A stretch of DNA of 43,714 nt from a virus: positions 1 to 43,714 of IMG/VR virus record IMGVR_UViG_3300031920_000119. The stretch is one strand, 5' to 3'. Under the pieces are notes generated by a model. It had not been told where the DNA came from. It saw only the letters and a list, made by a program, of their open reading frames with translations, and made no database searches. The position numbers were made by a program, and so were the translations under genes. The stretch's first letter is position 1; each line of letters opens with the position of its first letter. Positions 34,312 through 43,007 of this stretch are shown here, in pieces.

Positions 34312-36689
34312 CTCTGTGCAGTGCAATACGTCTGCATAACGGTAACCGGATCAGTGATATTTAAAGAAATATGGCCGTTCTTGACATACAGTCGGGGGCG
34401 GCCGTTTTCACTTGGTATCATCCTGGTCGCACGACCGTCCGGCAATGCTGGATGTTTTATATATCCCAGGTCCCTGAGGATCTCTTTACGTTGGTTTACT
34501 GTTACTCTGGAACGTAACCCACTGACGAGTCTGTTTAAAGCCATGGTCGATATCCATCCACCGCAGAATCCCGGCGCACCTTCCCTGGTCACTTCGAGTA
34601 TTTCTTGACCGACTGATCCGTAAGACTCTTGAACCGCAGCCTCACTGCTGGACGTTTCGGGTGCCCACACACATACGCCGGCAGGATTCAACATATCAGG
34701 TATGGCGTAACCACGCAGATGGTTATTTACTATGGCATTTCCACCATCACGCAACCACTTCACGAGGTTCGGAAAATAGTGCCCATCCATACCATGCGCC
34801 CGGATATCTGCAACACTCTGCTGCGCAGTATAGAATACGCTGAACCGACGGTCATCACGTTTCTTGACAACACCATCTTTATAATTTGTGCACATAATCA
34901 CATTTGCCCGGTTGTCCCCTGTGATCTGGTCCTGTCCTTTGGCTTGTATCGGGAGACGGGTGTCGGTAATAAGCGTCTTGAGTGTTTCGATGGCGCTGTC
35001 CGATGACTTGGTTTTTATTTCATCTATAATAATCAGGAGTTTTCCGGTAATCCATGCGTTAAATACATTGTCAAGGTCTTTGGGGTTTACTTTATGAGTG
35101 TACCGGATACCCACACAGAACGCGAGTATACTGGTCAACAGTGATTTACCGTTACCGAATGTCCCTTGTATGACCGGTGCCCATTGAAATTTTACACCAG
35201 GATACTGAACACATGCGGCCATATATGCCAGTAAGATCACTCTGTCACCCTCGACAGGCAATAATCGTGCCAGTAAGTCAAGAAACGGCGTGGGGTCACC
35301 TTCGGCACACTCTGTGTGTATTGGTACATAAGTGTTTACAGCGCTGCGCCCCTCATTGGTAAGTATCTCACCAGGGCCGAATTCTGGTTTAAAACAAGTG
35401 CCGTGCACCCATGGGTGTTTGACAGCCTGTGACTCAGTGAACGCATCCCACGCGTTTTTGCTGGTTTTATCGTTGATACTGTCCATTGCGAATACATAAC
35501 CACCATACGTGGCTTTAAACTGTTCAGGCTTTAACATACCCCCATCTGGCACCCATATTCGATGTGCGTCACGAACGTATGTGCACCCGGAGAATAGTGT
35601 AAGTTGATCATGTGGTGCAAGGAACTGAAAACCCGCTCGAAGACCCCCTGGTTCGGACGTCTCGAAAGGCACGTCACCCGGGGGTTTGGATCCAGCGGAA
35701 ACCGGCGGTGTCACTGGCTCCGTGGAAACGGGTATGAGTTTACGGTCCCGGTACACTTTAGAACAGATTGAAACTGCCCGTAATATAGTCGGCATCCGGT
35801 ACCCATCGAGTCGATCAAGATATTTATCACGCTGGCCAAGTGAAGACAAACCCCACAGTCGGTCGATACGTGCACAGTTCTTACCGGTCCAGAATGCCAG
35901 ATGTGAACATAGCGCGGCGTCGGCGGTCGACCAGTCAAACCCATACCCCTTGTCTCCAACCTCTGGATATGTTTGCGCCAGGGCGTCAGTGTCACCGTTC
36001 CACAATTGTTTGAATGTTATACCAGTGCCCACAATGCTGCGAGCACTTCGACTGCGGAGCATACGTTCGAGCAGTTCTGCGTTGTCATCCGGTCCGAGCC
36101 AGTCCGCACACGGTTCGGTTGTCCAGTTTTCTGGTATGGGCGCAGTGGCACCCCCCGGTGCCACGACCGTCGGCTCGAAAAAGTAGTCTATGAATTGTTT
36201 ATAAACCCCCGGGTCTGGCGCACATGAGGCGTCGCCGGTTACACCTGTTTCGGTTATAGCGCAAAATCGGAGTTTTGTATAAAATTGCGAGTCTATGTCT
36301 TTATTATCACAACCATGTGGCAGATCTGCGGGGGTAATTCCGAAAATATGTAATCCCCGTCCTGATTGTGACACCTCAACGGCGCAACCTTGGAACAGGG
36401 TGCAAAGGTATACGGCCGTCTCGTTCCATTGACCATCCACCCCCATGCACTCGTCGATATCAAGAAAGAAAAACGGGTCAGTATCGGCAAATACAAACGC
36501 CGTGGGCTGGCCTGTTGCGCGCACCTGTTCATAGGATTGCCACAGTGTTGAGTCGTGTGCATCACAATTGCGGCCCGTGCACGGGTCTGTTGGTATCTTA
36601 TCTGTCTTACCGTTGGCTTTGGGTACCAGTCTATAACTGAGCCATTGGTTATACTGTTTTAGTGCATCAAGTCCACTGAGCTCTGTCAT
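34257..36689 (-). CDS. bifunctional primase-polymerase (AEP) / SF3 helicase
   Basis: AEP motifs FFLDIDEC and SQSGRGLHIFG are at the N-terminus. Walker A is GTFGNGKSLL and Walker B is LLIIIDEI, as in D5/P4-type helicases. Confidence 0.85.
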   Translation of the reverse strand: MTELSGLDALKQYNQWLSYRLVPKANGKTDKIPTDPCTGRNCDAHDSTLWQSYEQVRATGQPTAFVFADTDPFFFLDIDECMGVDGQWNETAVYLCTLFQGCAVEVSQSGRGLHIFGITPADLPHGCDNKDIDSQFYTKLRFCAITETGVTGDASCAPDPGVYKQFIDYFFEPTVVAPGGATAPIPENWTTEPCADWLGPDDNAELLERMLRSRSARSIVGTGITFKQLWNGDTDALAQTYPEVGDKGYGFDWSTADAALCSHLAFWTGKNCARIDRLWGLSSLGQRDKYLDRLDGYRMPTILRAVSICSKVYRDRKLIPVSTEPVTPPVSAGSKPPGDVPFETSEPGGLRAGFQFLAPHDQLTLFSGCTYVRDAHRIWVPDGGMLKPEQFKATYGGYVFAMDSINDKTSKNAWDAFTESQAVKHPWVHGTCFKPEFGPGEILTNEGRSAVNTYVPIHTECAEGDPTPFLDLLARLLPVEGDRVILLAYMAACVQYPGVKFQWAPVIQGTFGNGKSLLTSILAFCVGIRYTHKVNPKDLDNVFNAWITGKLLIIIDEIKTKSSDSAIETLKTLITDTRLPIQAKGQDQITGDNRANVIMCTNYKDGVVKKRDDRRFSVFYTAQQSVADIRAHGMDGHYFPNLVKWLRDGGNAIVNNHLRGYAIPDMLNPAGVCVWAPETSSSEAAVQESYGSVGQEILEVTREGAPGFCGGWISTMALNRLVSGLRSRVTVNQRKEILRDLGYIKHPALPDGRATRMIPSENGRPRLYVKNGHISLNITDPVTVMQTYCTAQSYPAMTGMVVPGAVGSVM

Positions 36690-36847
36690 GGTTTAACCTG
36701 TAGGCATATGACTTCGAGTAAATCTATCGCAGCTTCAATATGGTGGTGTGCTTCGTCGGTTATAACACGCACGTCGTTCGAAAACTCATCGTCTAATAAT
36801 TCCAACTGGTCCCGAACCTCTATTAATTTTTGTACCTGTTTTTTCAT
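36686..36847 (-). CDS. hypothetical 53-aa protein
   Basis: Not in the track. It has ATGA overlaps at both ends. Sequence is MKKQVQKLIEVRDQLELLDDEFSNDVRVITDEAHHHIEAAIDLLEVICLQVKP. Confidence 0.45.
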   Translation of the reverse strand: MKKQVQKLIEVRDQLELLDDEFSNDVRVITDEAHHHIEAAIDLLEVICLQVKP

Positions 36848-37149
36848 ATCATCCGCCCCGTGTATTTCATATGCTGTTTGGTTTTATGGATCTTGATATT
36901 CTTTGATTTAACCCATAGATACGGCTTGACAATGGCCGTTAGTGCGTTTTCACGTACGAGTCTGGCCTGACACATTGCGCCGTCGGCAGTGCGGAACACC
37001 ACGACACTGGTGCGCGGGACGCATGGTTCGGTGAGTTCCGACTCAGCCTTACCGCATTTCTTGCAAATAGCGAGACCGCCATCAACTATAAGTAATCGTT
37101 GTGTTGTATTCAAATATCGAGCATCTTTGTCTGTAAATAATTCATGCAT
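36844..37149 (-). CDS. hypothetical protein (101 aa; start at MHELFTDKD)
   Basis: SD GGGAGGGtgcacATG. The upstream part of the 180-aa track ORF overlaps the M15 peptidase gene in another frame. Confidence 0.55.
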   Translation of the reverse strand: MHELFTDKDARYLNTTQRLLIVDGGLAICKKCGKAESELTEPCVPRTSVVVFRTADGAMCQARLVRENALTAIVKPYLWVKSKNIKIHKTKQHMKYTGRMI

Positions 37150-37444
37150 GTGCACCCTCCCCGTGGCTGTAATGGTTTCCGTCACCCCACCGGCCACCCC
37201 AGGTCCCACGGATTGACTCCCAAAACTCACCAAGAAGCAAATGGTCTGACGTTTTCGATAGGTACACAGCATCTTTAAATAAATTAACATCAACGGCCAG
37301 GTGTTTATAGTGAAAAGATCCGTCAATATGCCCTGATTTTGCAAATACATCCCCCATTTGAATTGTGTACCCTTTTTCATAGGCAAACAAAATCAAAAGC
37401 GCAAGCATTTTTGTAAATTCGAATTGTTTTTTATTAATCCCCAT
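37142..37444 (-). CDS. peptidase M15 family (L-Ala-D-Glu / D-Ala-D-Ala peptidase-like), candidate endolysin
   Basis: SGHIDGSFHYKHLAVDVNLF...LGEFWESIRGTWGGRWGDGNHYS matches the zinc-ligand pattern of M15C/M15_4 (H..D...H). Confidence 0.7.
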   Translation of the reverse strand: MGINKKQFEFTKMLALLILFAYEKGYTIQMGDVFAKSGHIDGSFHYKHLAVDVNLFKDAVYLSKTSDHLLLGEFWESIRGTWGGRWGDGNHYSHGEGAHA

Positions 37445-37464
37445 TTTACCCCCGTATATCGTTA

Positions 37465-37833
37465 TTAAATATAATTGGTTTTAATGATTTTAAATTCACC
37501 ACAATTTGTTTTCCGGCAAGCCCCGCACATTAAAACCTTAACCCCTTCATACAAATTAGGACCATTATTGCCCGTCACTCGACTTCGTTCTTGAATAACT
37601 TTTAAATCAGTATTATCACACCAATCTGATAACCCCGTCTTTTCACAAGCCAATGGTTTACAAAGGGGTTTTTTGAACATTTTTTCCATTTTATCAACAG
37701 AATTTTTGTGAATGCCGCAAACCGGTATAAAATCTGGTGTAACGAATTTAGCTTGATACGAACACCTGGCAAAGTCCCCACGTATGTTTAAACTATTAAC
37801 GTGAAAACCGCACTGTATTTGTTTCTTTTTCAT
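37465..37833 (-). CDS. Cys-rich hypothetical protein (122 aa)
   Basis: ORF with 11 Cys residues. AT-rich. Confidence 0.55.
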   Translation of the reverse strand: MKKKQIQCGFHVNSLNIRGDFARCSYQAKFVTPDFIPVCGIHKNSVDKMEKMFKKPLCKPLACEKTGLSDWCDNTDLKVIQERSRVTGNNGPNLYEGVKVLMCGACRKTNCGEFKIIKTNYI

Positions 37834-37840
37834 CAGTTAC

Positions 37841-38221
37841 CTATCCTGGCCACACGTCACCGACAGCCTGCGCAAACCCTGCGACACCACCATGTGCTTG
37901 TACCATTAAACACCATTTATTTTGCGCCACCTCGCGAGCGGTACCGGTGTATTTCCACCCCTCACGCTTGACCTCGATAGATGTGAACACCGCCACCGTT
38001 AGTCCAACGTGTTCAGGTGTTATCAACGTTCGGGTAATTCCGATCAGATCCGAGGATTTTATCTCGTCGTTAATCTGGTGGCTGTCATTGGCCAGTCCAT
38101 ACCGGATCTGTCTGCCGTCCGCTGTCTGACACGCCCCGTTATTATTGCGCCACAATATCGAGTTATTACGGGGCGCCGCCAGGCGTATTGCTTGTTGTAT
38201 TAACTGTTCACTGCGAGTCAC
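37841..38221 (-). CDS. VRR-NUC domain nuclease
   Basis: PD-(D/E)xK pattern SDLIG...AVFTSIEVK, and a size typical of VRR-NUC proteins. Confidence 0.7.
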   Translation of the reverse strand: MTRSEQLIQQAIRLAAPRNNSILWRNNNGACQTADGRQIRYGLANDSHQINDEIKSSDLIGITRTLITPEHVGLTVAVFTSIEVKREGWKYTGTAREVAQNKWCLMVQAHGGVAGFAQAVGDVWPG

Positions 38222-38224
38222 GGT

Positions 38225-38680
38225 TTACACCCTCCCGTTCACGTCGCAGAAGTTAATGACGGTTTTTTTATATTTTTTCCACCATTCGAGGGCTTTTAGG
38301 TTCATATGTGATATAACGTCATTACCATATTTTTTCCAGTCCACTATGGTGTGAAATTCACAACCGATTTTCATATGTGAATCGAAAATAATTATAGGCC
38401 AGTGCATACCCAAAATTTGGAGGGGTGTTCTACTTAAAATAATTTTTTTACTGTCCGCACCTCGCAGGTATGCACCTCGCAGGTATGCACCTCGCAGGTA
38501 TGCACCTCGCAGGTATGCACCTTGCAGGTCTGCACCTTGCAGGTCTGCATCTTGCAGGTCTGCATCTTGCAGGTCTACACCACTTTTGACCGCAGCTTCA
38601 AGACAAATTCTAATAGTTTCAGTTTCTAATTTAAAAACAATTTCATCACTAAAACGGTTTCTTATTTTAAATAACTCCAT
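38225..38680 (-). CDS. pentapeptide-repeat protein
   Basis: GVDLQDADLQDADLQGADLQGAYLRGAYLRGAYLRGAYLRGADS gives about 9 consecutive A(D/Y)L(Q/R)(D/G) pentapeptides. Confidence 0.8.
   Translation of the reverse strand: MELFKIRNRFSDEIVFKLETETIRICLEAAVKSGVDLQDADLQDADLQGADLQGAYLRGAYLRGAYLRGAYLRGADSKKIILSRTPLQILGMHWPIIIFDSHMKIGCEFHTIVDWKKYGNDVISHMNLKALEWWKKYKKTVINFCDVNGRV
38457..38576. repeat. 8 x 15-bp tandem repeat (4 x gcacctcgcaggtat, 2 x gcaccttgcaggtct, 2 x gcatcttgcaggtct)
   Basis: Counted directly in the sequence. It encodes the pentapeptide repeats. Confidence 0.95.
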
Positions 38681-38689
38681 ATCAACCCC

Positions 38690-40330
38690 CTATCGTATGG
38701 CCCCTACGAGCCGTTCAGTTAACTTCGTGGCACCCCGCTTGCTCAATGCCTGCGCCGCCATTACATCTATTCCAAATGATTTATAAAACCGTCGGAGCAC
38801 AGTTCCGCTATGTTGCCCCGCCGCTGACTGATACCCCGCCCACTCTGACATGGTCTGTCTGAGTCTCACCTGCGCCGCCTGCCGATCCCTGTGGCGTTTG
38901 ACACCAGCAAGTACCCCGATTGGTGGGGCACCGGCGAGCGTCAATCGTTCCCGCTCACTCTCCGGGTTCATATCCACCCTCTCGATCTCACCGCGCATGA
39001 TCGCCAGGACCTCAGGTGTCAACTCTGTGATATCCCCCTCGACCTGCTCAATGGACGCAGTGGCCACAGGTGCGTACACCCATCCACAGTATGGACAGTC
39101 GTGCTGCCAGGATTCGTACACACTGGTACAATTCCTGCATGTCCGTATCGGTATGAGATTAGGATCACGTTTACTACGAGCCGCACGGTCTCGACTGTCG
39201 AGAGACCATTCACGATGCGAGTCGGGCAGCCCGTGGCGTTCAACGTTGCGCACGTGATCAATTATTAAAGCGTGCGTTTTACCGTCCATAATCCGCAGTG
39301 ACCGCCCGAACTGTTGAGCATAGAGCGGGTACGACTCTGTAGGTCTTGCCATGCTGATAACTTCAATGGCCGGTAAGTCGTACCCCTCGCCGAATATGTC
39401 CACATTTACGAGTTGTTTTAAATCACCCCGTGCCAGCATGTCGGTGGATTCTTGCCGCTCACGGTCTGGCGTCTTTGCGTGCACCACTCGTGCAGGGACG
39501 CCTGCTGCGACGTATGCCGCTGCAAGTTCTATGCCGGACGGTACATCTGTGACAAATGTAACTCCGATCTTACCTGGCGCTATCTCGAGATAACTTTGAA
39601 CAACATCCCCGACAATATGTGATTTACGTACGGCCGCGGTGAGTTTTGGTTTTGTATAGTCACCGGTCGCACTCGATACGGGAACGTTACTCAGATTGAT
39701 ATCTGTATATGGTCCGAAAATCTTGTAATCTGTCAGATACCCCGCCTGGATCAACTGCCGCATACCCGGACCGACCACCATGGCGTCGGCCACACCCCGC
39801 GCATGACGCCCGATACCCCGCCCGTCTGCGCGTTCAGGTGTGGCAGTCACGCCAAGACCGCGGCAGGTCGGCGGAAATAGTGCAACGGCTTTGCCCCACT
39901 GGTTTGCTCTCAAGAAATGATGGAACTCGTCACCGACCCATAGTCGGGCCTGACCAAGTGCGTTTGATAGACTTGACGCCCTGTTTAATAGTGTCTGAAC
40001 GCTGCATACAATTTTATTAGCATTCGGATCATACCAATGTCGACCGTATTTCCGAGTTTGTTGTGTTGTAATCCACTGTATTACTTTTTTCGGTGCTTGA
40101 ATACTGTGAGAAATACCGGCGGCCGCGTGAGCCATGGCAATCTGCCCGACAAGCTCCTGCCGGTGAACCAGACTGAACGCGACTCCAGGTTCCTCACCTA
40201 TAACGTAAGTAAATACAACAGTTTTACCCCCACCGGTGGGCAGCACTGCACATACATTCTGCGCGCCACCGGCCCACGCCGCACGGGTTTTGCGCACGAG
40301 GTCGTCTTGATATGGGTAGAGTCGAATCAC
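38690..40330 (-). CDS. SF2 DEAD/DEAH-box DNA helicase with C-terminal zinc ribbon
   Basis: Walker A is LPTGGGKT and motif II is GDEFHH. Also has motif VI-like QQFGRSLR and CRNCTSVYESWQHDCPYCG. Confidence 0.85.
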   Translation of the reverse strand: MIRLYPYQDDLVRKTRAAWAGGAQNVCAVLPTGGGKTVVFTYVIGEEPGVAFSLVHRQELVGQIAMAHAAAGISHSIQAPKKVIQWITTQQTRKYGRHWYDPNANKIVCSVQTLLNRASSLSNALGQARLWVGDEFHHFLRANQWGKAVALFPPTCRGLGVTATPERADGRGIGRHARGVADAMVVGPGMRQLIQAGYLTDYKIFGPYTDINLSNVPVSSATGDYTKPKLTAAVRKSHIVGDVVQSYLEIAPGKIGVTFVTDVPSGIELAAAYVAAGVPARVVHAKTPDRERQESTDMLARGDLKQLVNVDIFGEGYDLPAIEVISMARPTESYPLYAQQFGRSLRIMDGKTHALIIDHVRNVERHGLPDSHREWSLDSRDRAARSKRDPNLIPIRTCRNCTSVYESWQHDCPYCGWVYAPVATASIEQVEGDITELTPEVLAIMRGEIERVDMNPESERERLTLAGAPPIGVLAGVKRHRDRQAAQVRLRQTMSEWAGYQSAAGQHSGTVLRRFYKSFGIDVMAAQALSKRGATKLTERLVGAIR

Positions 40331-40683
40331 CAGGTGAACACCACGACCATTTGTCCAGGTTCAAATGTACAGGGGAACCCCGCTCCACATATACACACAT
40401 TGATAAACATCAACTCCGTAAAGTTGATTCTTTCACGTTCCAACGCCTTACGGTATTTTTTAACCCGTGAACCTTGATGTTTTCTTAATTCCCGTTCAAA
40501 TTTGCCACCGCAGTCTACAAGCTGCTTACTTTTAAATGCACTTTTTATAAAAGAATGGAAATGCGTTGCGTAAAGTCCCCCGATCTTACCACATTTATTG
40601 CACCGGCCCATGCGTTTATATTCATTGAATTTAATAGCCGTTTTACCCACCACCAATGCGAACCCGTCTGAATAGTGTTTCAT
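40327..40683 (-). CDS. hypothetical protein (118 aa) with CxxC motif
   Basis: ORF coupled to the helicase gene. Confidence 0.55.
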   Translation of the reverse strand: MKHYSDGFALVVGKTAIKFNEYKRMGRCNKCGKIGGLYATHFHSFIKSAFKSKQLVDCGGKFERELRKHQGSRVKKYRKALERERINFTELMFINVCICGAGFPCTFEPGQMVVVFTW

Positions 40684-40910
40684 TCCACCACCTCGTCAAT
40701 GTGTGTAAATTCCCCCATTTCTGCACCGCAGGTTACGCACTGTTCCGGCTCAGTCTCATACCTCTCACCGCATACAGTCATACCGGAACCCCCTGGAATG
40801 CTGCGCATATACCGATAAATATTGTGGCCATTATCAATAACGCTGCACCCTGTAATAACATTTTGATTGCTTCCATGTCTGTGCCCCCTGTGTGTTATTT
40901 CTGTTACCAT
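40680..40910 (-). CDS. hypothetical protein (76 aa), possible zinc ribbon
   Basis: First ORF of the leftward early operon. It contains the Cys pair C..C (CVTCG). Confidence 0.45.
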   Translation of the reverse strand: MVTEITHRGHRHGSNQNVITGCSVIDNGHNIYRYMRSIPGGSGMTVCGERYETEPEQCVTCGAEMGEFTHIDEVVE

Positions 40911-40918
40911 TCACCATA

Positions 40919-40947
40919 CAAATACACAGATTAAAACACCGTGTCAA
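40919..40947 (-). promoter_or_regulatory. possible leftward promoter TTGACA-N17-TATTTG
   Basis: Consensus -35 on the minus strand at 40947-40942. The -10 is weak, and it would leave almost no leader before 40910. Confidence 0.3.
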
Positions 40948-40977
40948 GAAAAAAATAACAAAAACAACAAAAAGTTG

Positions 40978-41006
40978 TTGACAACGTCTTCCCGCTACCG
41001 TATAAC
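40978..41006 (+). promoter_or_regulatory. sigma70-like promoter TTGACA-N17-TATAAC with a TCCCGCTA motif in the spacer
   Basis: -35 at 40978-40983 and -10 at 41001-41006. The motif is at 40990-40997. Confidence 0.65.
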
Positions 41007-41030
41007 CTTAAAAACAGGGAGGTAATAAAG

Positions 41031-41207
41031 ATGGATTACAAGAAGTTAAGAGAGAAAAAGGATTACACACAGGAATACGTCGCTATAAAAGTGGGTATCA
41101 GTTTGTACACCTATCAGTTAATCGAACGGGGTATCACTCAGACCCCCAGAAAAGAAACATTAACAAAGTTAAAGGAGATTTTGAACAATGGAAACACAAG
41201 TAATTAA
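41031..41207 (+). CDS. XRE-family HTH transcriptional regulator (58 aa, Cro-like)
   Basis: Not in the track. SD is aGGGAGGtaataaagATG. Sequence is MDYKKLREKKDYTQEYVAIKVGISLYTYQLIERGITQTPRKETLTKLKEIL, which has the typical HTH_3 pattern. Confidence 0.75.
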   Translation: MDYKKLREKKDYTQEYVAIKVGISLYTYQLIERGITQTPRKETLTKLKEILNNGNTSN

Positions 41208-41898
41208 ATTGATTATTGAGGCGTTGGCGGGGTTTCTTACAAAATTGGATAAAACACTCGGGGTCGATGGACCAATCGTCGCACCTGCTCCAGTCGCCCC
41301 GATCGCTGTACAGGGGGCCCCCCCCGGCGCCGCAACTGCGCCCGTGCCAGTCGTTGCACCTGCCGCGGTCGTTGCACCCGTTGCCGCCGCTCCGGTCGTT
41401 GCACCCGTTGCCGCCGCTCCGGTCGTTGCACCCGTTGCCGATGTAGTTCTCGATACCGAGGGTATACCTCATGATAAACGAATACATTCAAGCGGTAAGA
41501 CAACATATAAAAAGAAAGCCGAAAATGGTACGCCCGCGGGTGGGTGGAAACTTAAAAAAGGTGTCGACCCAGTATTGGTGGCTCAGATTAAAACAGAATT
41601 ACATAAACAGTATAATGCGCCCGCCGTCGTTACACCGGGAGGGGCAGGTTCGCCCGTTGCACCTGTCGCACCCGTGGTCGCCCCGGTCACTGCATCTGTT
41701 ACCGAATACGGAGCCATAACCACATGGGGTGAACTCATGCGGCAGGTTGTTGTCAATAATATCGATAGAACGATAGTCGATACAAAATGCCTTGAATTTG
41801 GGGTCGCTAACCTGGCAGAATTACAGAACGTACCGCAACGTATTCCAAATGTGGCACACGGTATTGGTCTCACAAAAGACCCGGTGGTTTCAGCATGA
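41188..41898 (+). CDS. hypothetical replication-module protein with A/P/V tandem-repeat linker
   Basis: 236 aa. Contains the motif LDTEGIPHDKRIHSSGKTTYKK...GGWKLKKG. Lies upstream of the DUF2800 gene with ATGA coupling. Confidence 0.7.
   Translation: METQVIKLIIEALAGFLTKLDKTLGVDGPIVAPAPVAPIAVQGAPPGAATAPVPVVAPAAVVAPVAAAPVVAPVAAAPVVAPVADVVLDTEGIPHDKRIHSSGKTTYKKKAENGTPAGGWKLKKGVDPVLVAQIKTELHKQYNAPAVVTPGGAGSPVAPVAPVVAPVTASVTEYGAITTWGELMRQVVVNNIDRTIVDTKCLEFGVANLAELQNVPQRIPNVAHGIGLTKDPVVSA
41350..41439 (+). repeat. 27-bp tandem repeats (gtcgttgcacccgttgccgccgctccg x2 plus partial flanking copies)
   Basis: Two full units at 41368-41394 and 41395-41421. Shares the 15-mer ccggtcgttgcaccc with the SSB repeat array. 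Confidence 0.9.
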
Positions 41899-42998
41899 GA
41901 TTCCGGGCATCGAAAATGCCGAGGGTAATGGTGTGCGCAGGGTCATACCTGTTAAACGAACGTTACCTGGACGACTCCGGTGATGAAGCCGACGAGGGCA
42001 ACGCCGCACATGTGCACGCCGCCGACCACTTGTTGAAAGACTTGCCGATATCAGCCACGGTCACTAATCTTGAAATGTTCAGAGCGGTATCATTGTATGT
42101 AAAGGTGTGCCGCAGCTATATGCCGCAGAACGTTGCCGAGGCAAACGCCACACTATGTGGCATAGAAGACAGTTTCGAAACCAATATGATGGGACTAACC
42201 GTCTGCGGCACCACTGACTTTTTTTCCTGGTCTCAAGACGGCACGCTCACTATCATCGACTTAAAATACGGTCACGGGTGGGTAGAAGTTCAAGAAAACT
42301 GGCAATTGATAACCTACGCAGTATTGATGTGGTTAAAATACGGTAACAGGACTATGCCGAATAAAGTACGACTCGGTATTGTTCAGCCGCGCGCTAATCA
42401 TCCCGAGGGGCCAGTACGGTGGTGGGGGTTTGAGGGCGTCCAGTTACGTAATTATCGAAACATGATACAAAACCAGATCACGGTTGCACAGCATGAAGGT
42501 GCTGCAACTCAATCCGGTGACCAATGTCGGTATTGTCCATCGATACTTGATTGTCACACAAACCGTGCAGCCGTTGCACACGCAATTGATTTTGCAAGCG
42601 ACGTGGCACGGTCGGATTTAACGGGCGCAGACCTTGCACACGAGTTAGCAACCGTGAAACGTGCCGGAAAGCTCATAGGCAACCGTTACACTGCTCTTGA
42701 GTCATATGCCACGGAGAATATAAAATCCGGCGGCAGGGTGCCTGGATACTGTGTGAAACAGACGTACGGCGCGTTACAGTGGGACGTAAAAGATCCCATT
42801 GCGGCAGGTAATGATATCGGTAAGGATCTTGCTAAACCATCCACACCGATAACACCGACTCAGGCAATAAACAGTAAATTACTTACCGAGAATGAGGTCG
42901 CCATCATGGCATCACGTAAGCTCGGTGCTTTTAAATTACAATCAGAAAATTTAACATTTGCTAAAGAACTGATAGCGAACACTAACAAACAACAGTGA
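41895..42998 (+). CDS. DUF2800 / PD-(D/E)xK Cas4-like nuclease
   Basis: Contains IIDLKYGHGWVEVQENWQLITYA (D..K core) and the C-terminal Cys cluster CRYCPSILDC. Confidence 0.75.
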   Translation: MRFRASKMPRVMVCAGSYLLNERYLDDSGDEADEGNAAHVHAADHLLKDLPISATVTNLEMFRAVSLYVKVCRSYMPQNVAEANATLCGIEDSFETNMMGLTVCGTTDFFSWSQDGTLTIIDLKYGHGWVEVQENWQLITYAVLMWLKYGNRTMPNKVRLGIVQPRANHPEGPVRWWGFEGVQLRNYRNMIQNQITVAQHEGAATQSGDQCRYCPSILDCHTNRAAVAHAIDFASDVARSDLTGADLAHELATVKRAGKLIGNRYTALESYATENIKSGGRVPGYCVKQTYGALQWDVKDPIAAGNDIGKDLAKPSTPITPTQAINSKLLTENEVAIMASRKLGAFKLQSENLTFAKELIANTNKQQ

Positions 42999-43007
42999 GG
43001 TATAAAA

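Noticed and set aside
36844-37386. The 180-aa track ORF taken at full length.
   Set aside because: Its 5' 237 nt overlap the M15 peptidase gene in another frame. A strong SD (GGGAGGG) precedes the internal ATG at 37149, so only 36844..37149 is called.
38457-38576. Whether the tandem arrays are CRISPR-like. This covers the 15-bp array here, the 27-bp arrays at 41350-41439 and 43602-43714, and the 25-bp iterons at 32532-32601.
   Set aside because: The units are contiguous or separated by only 5 nt, with no unique spacers. Three of the four arrays are in-frame coding repeats. No cas genes are present.
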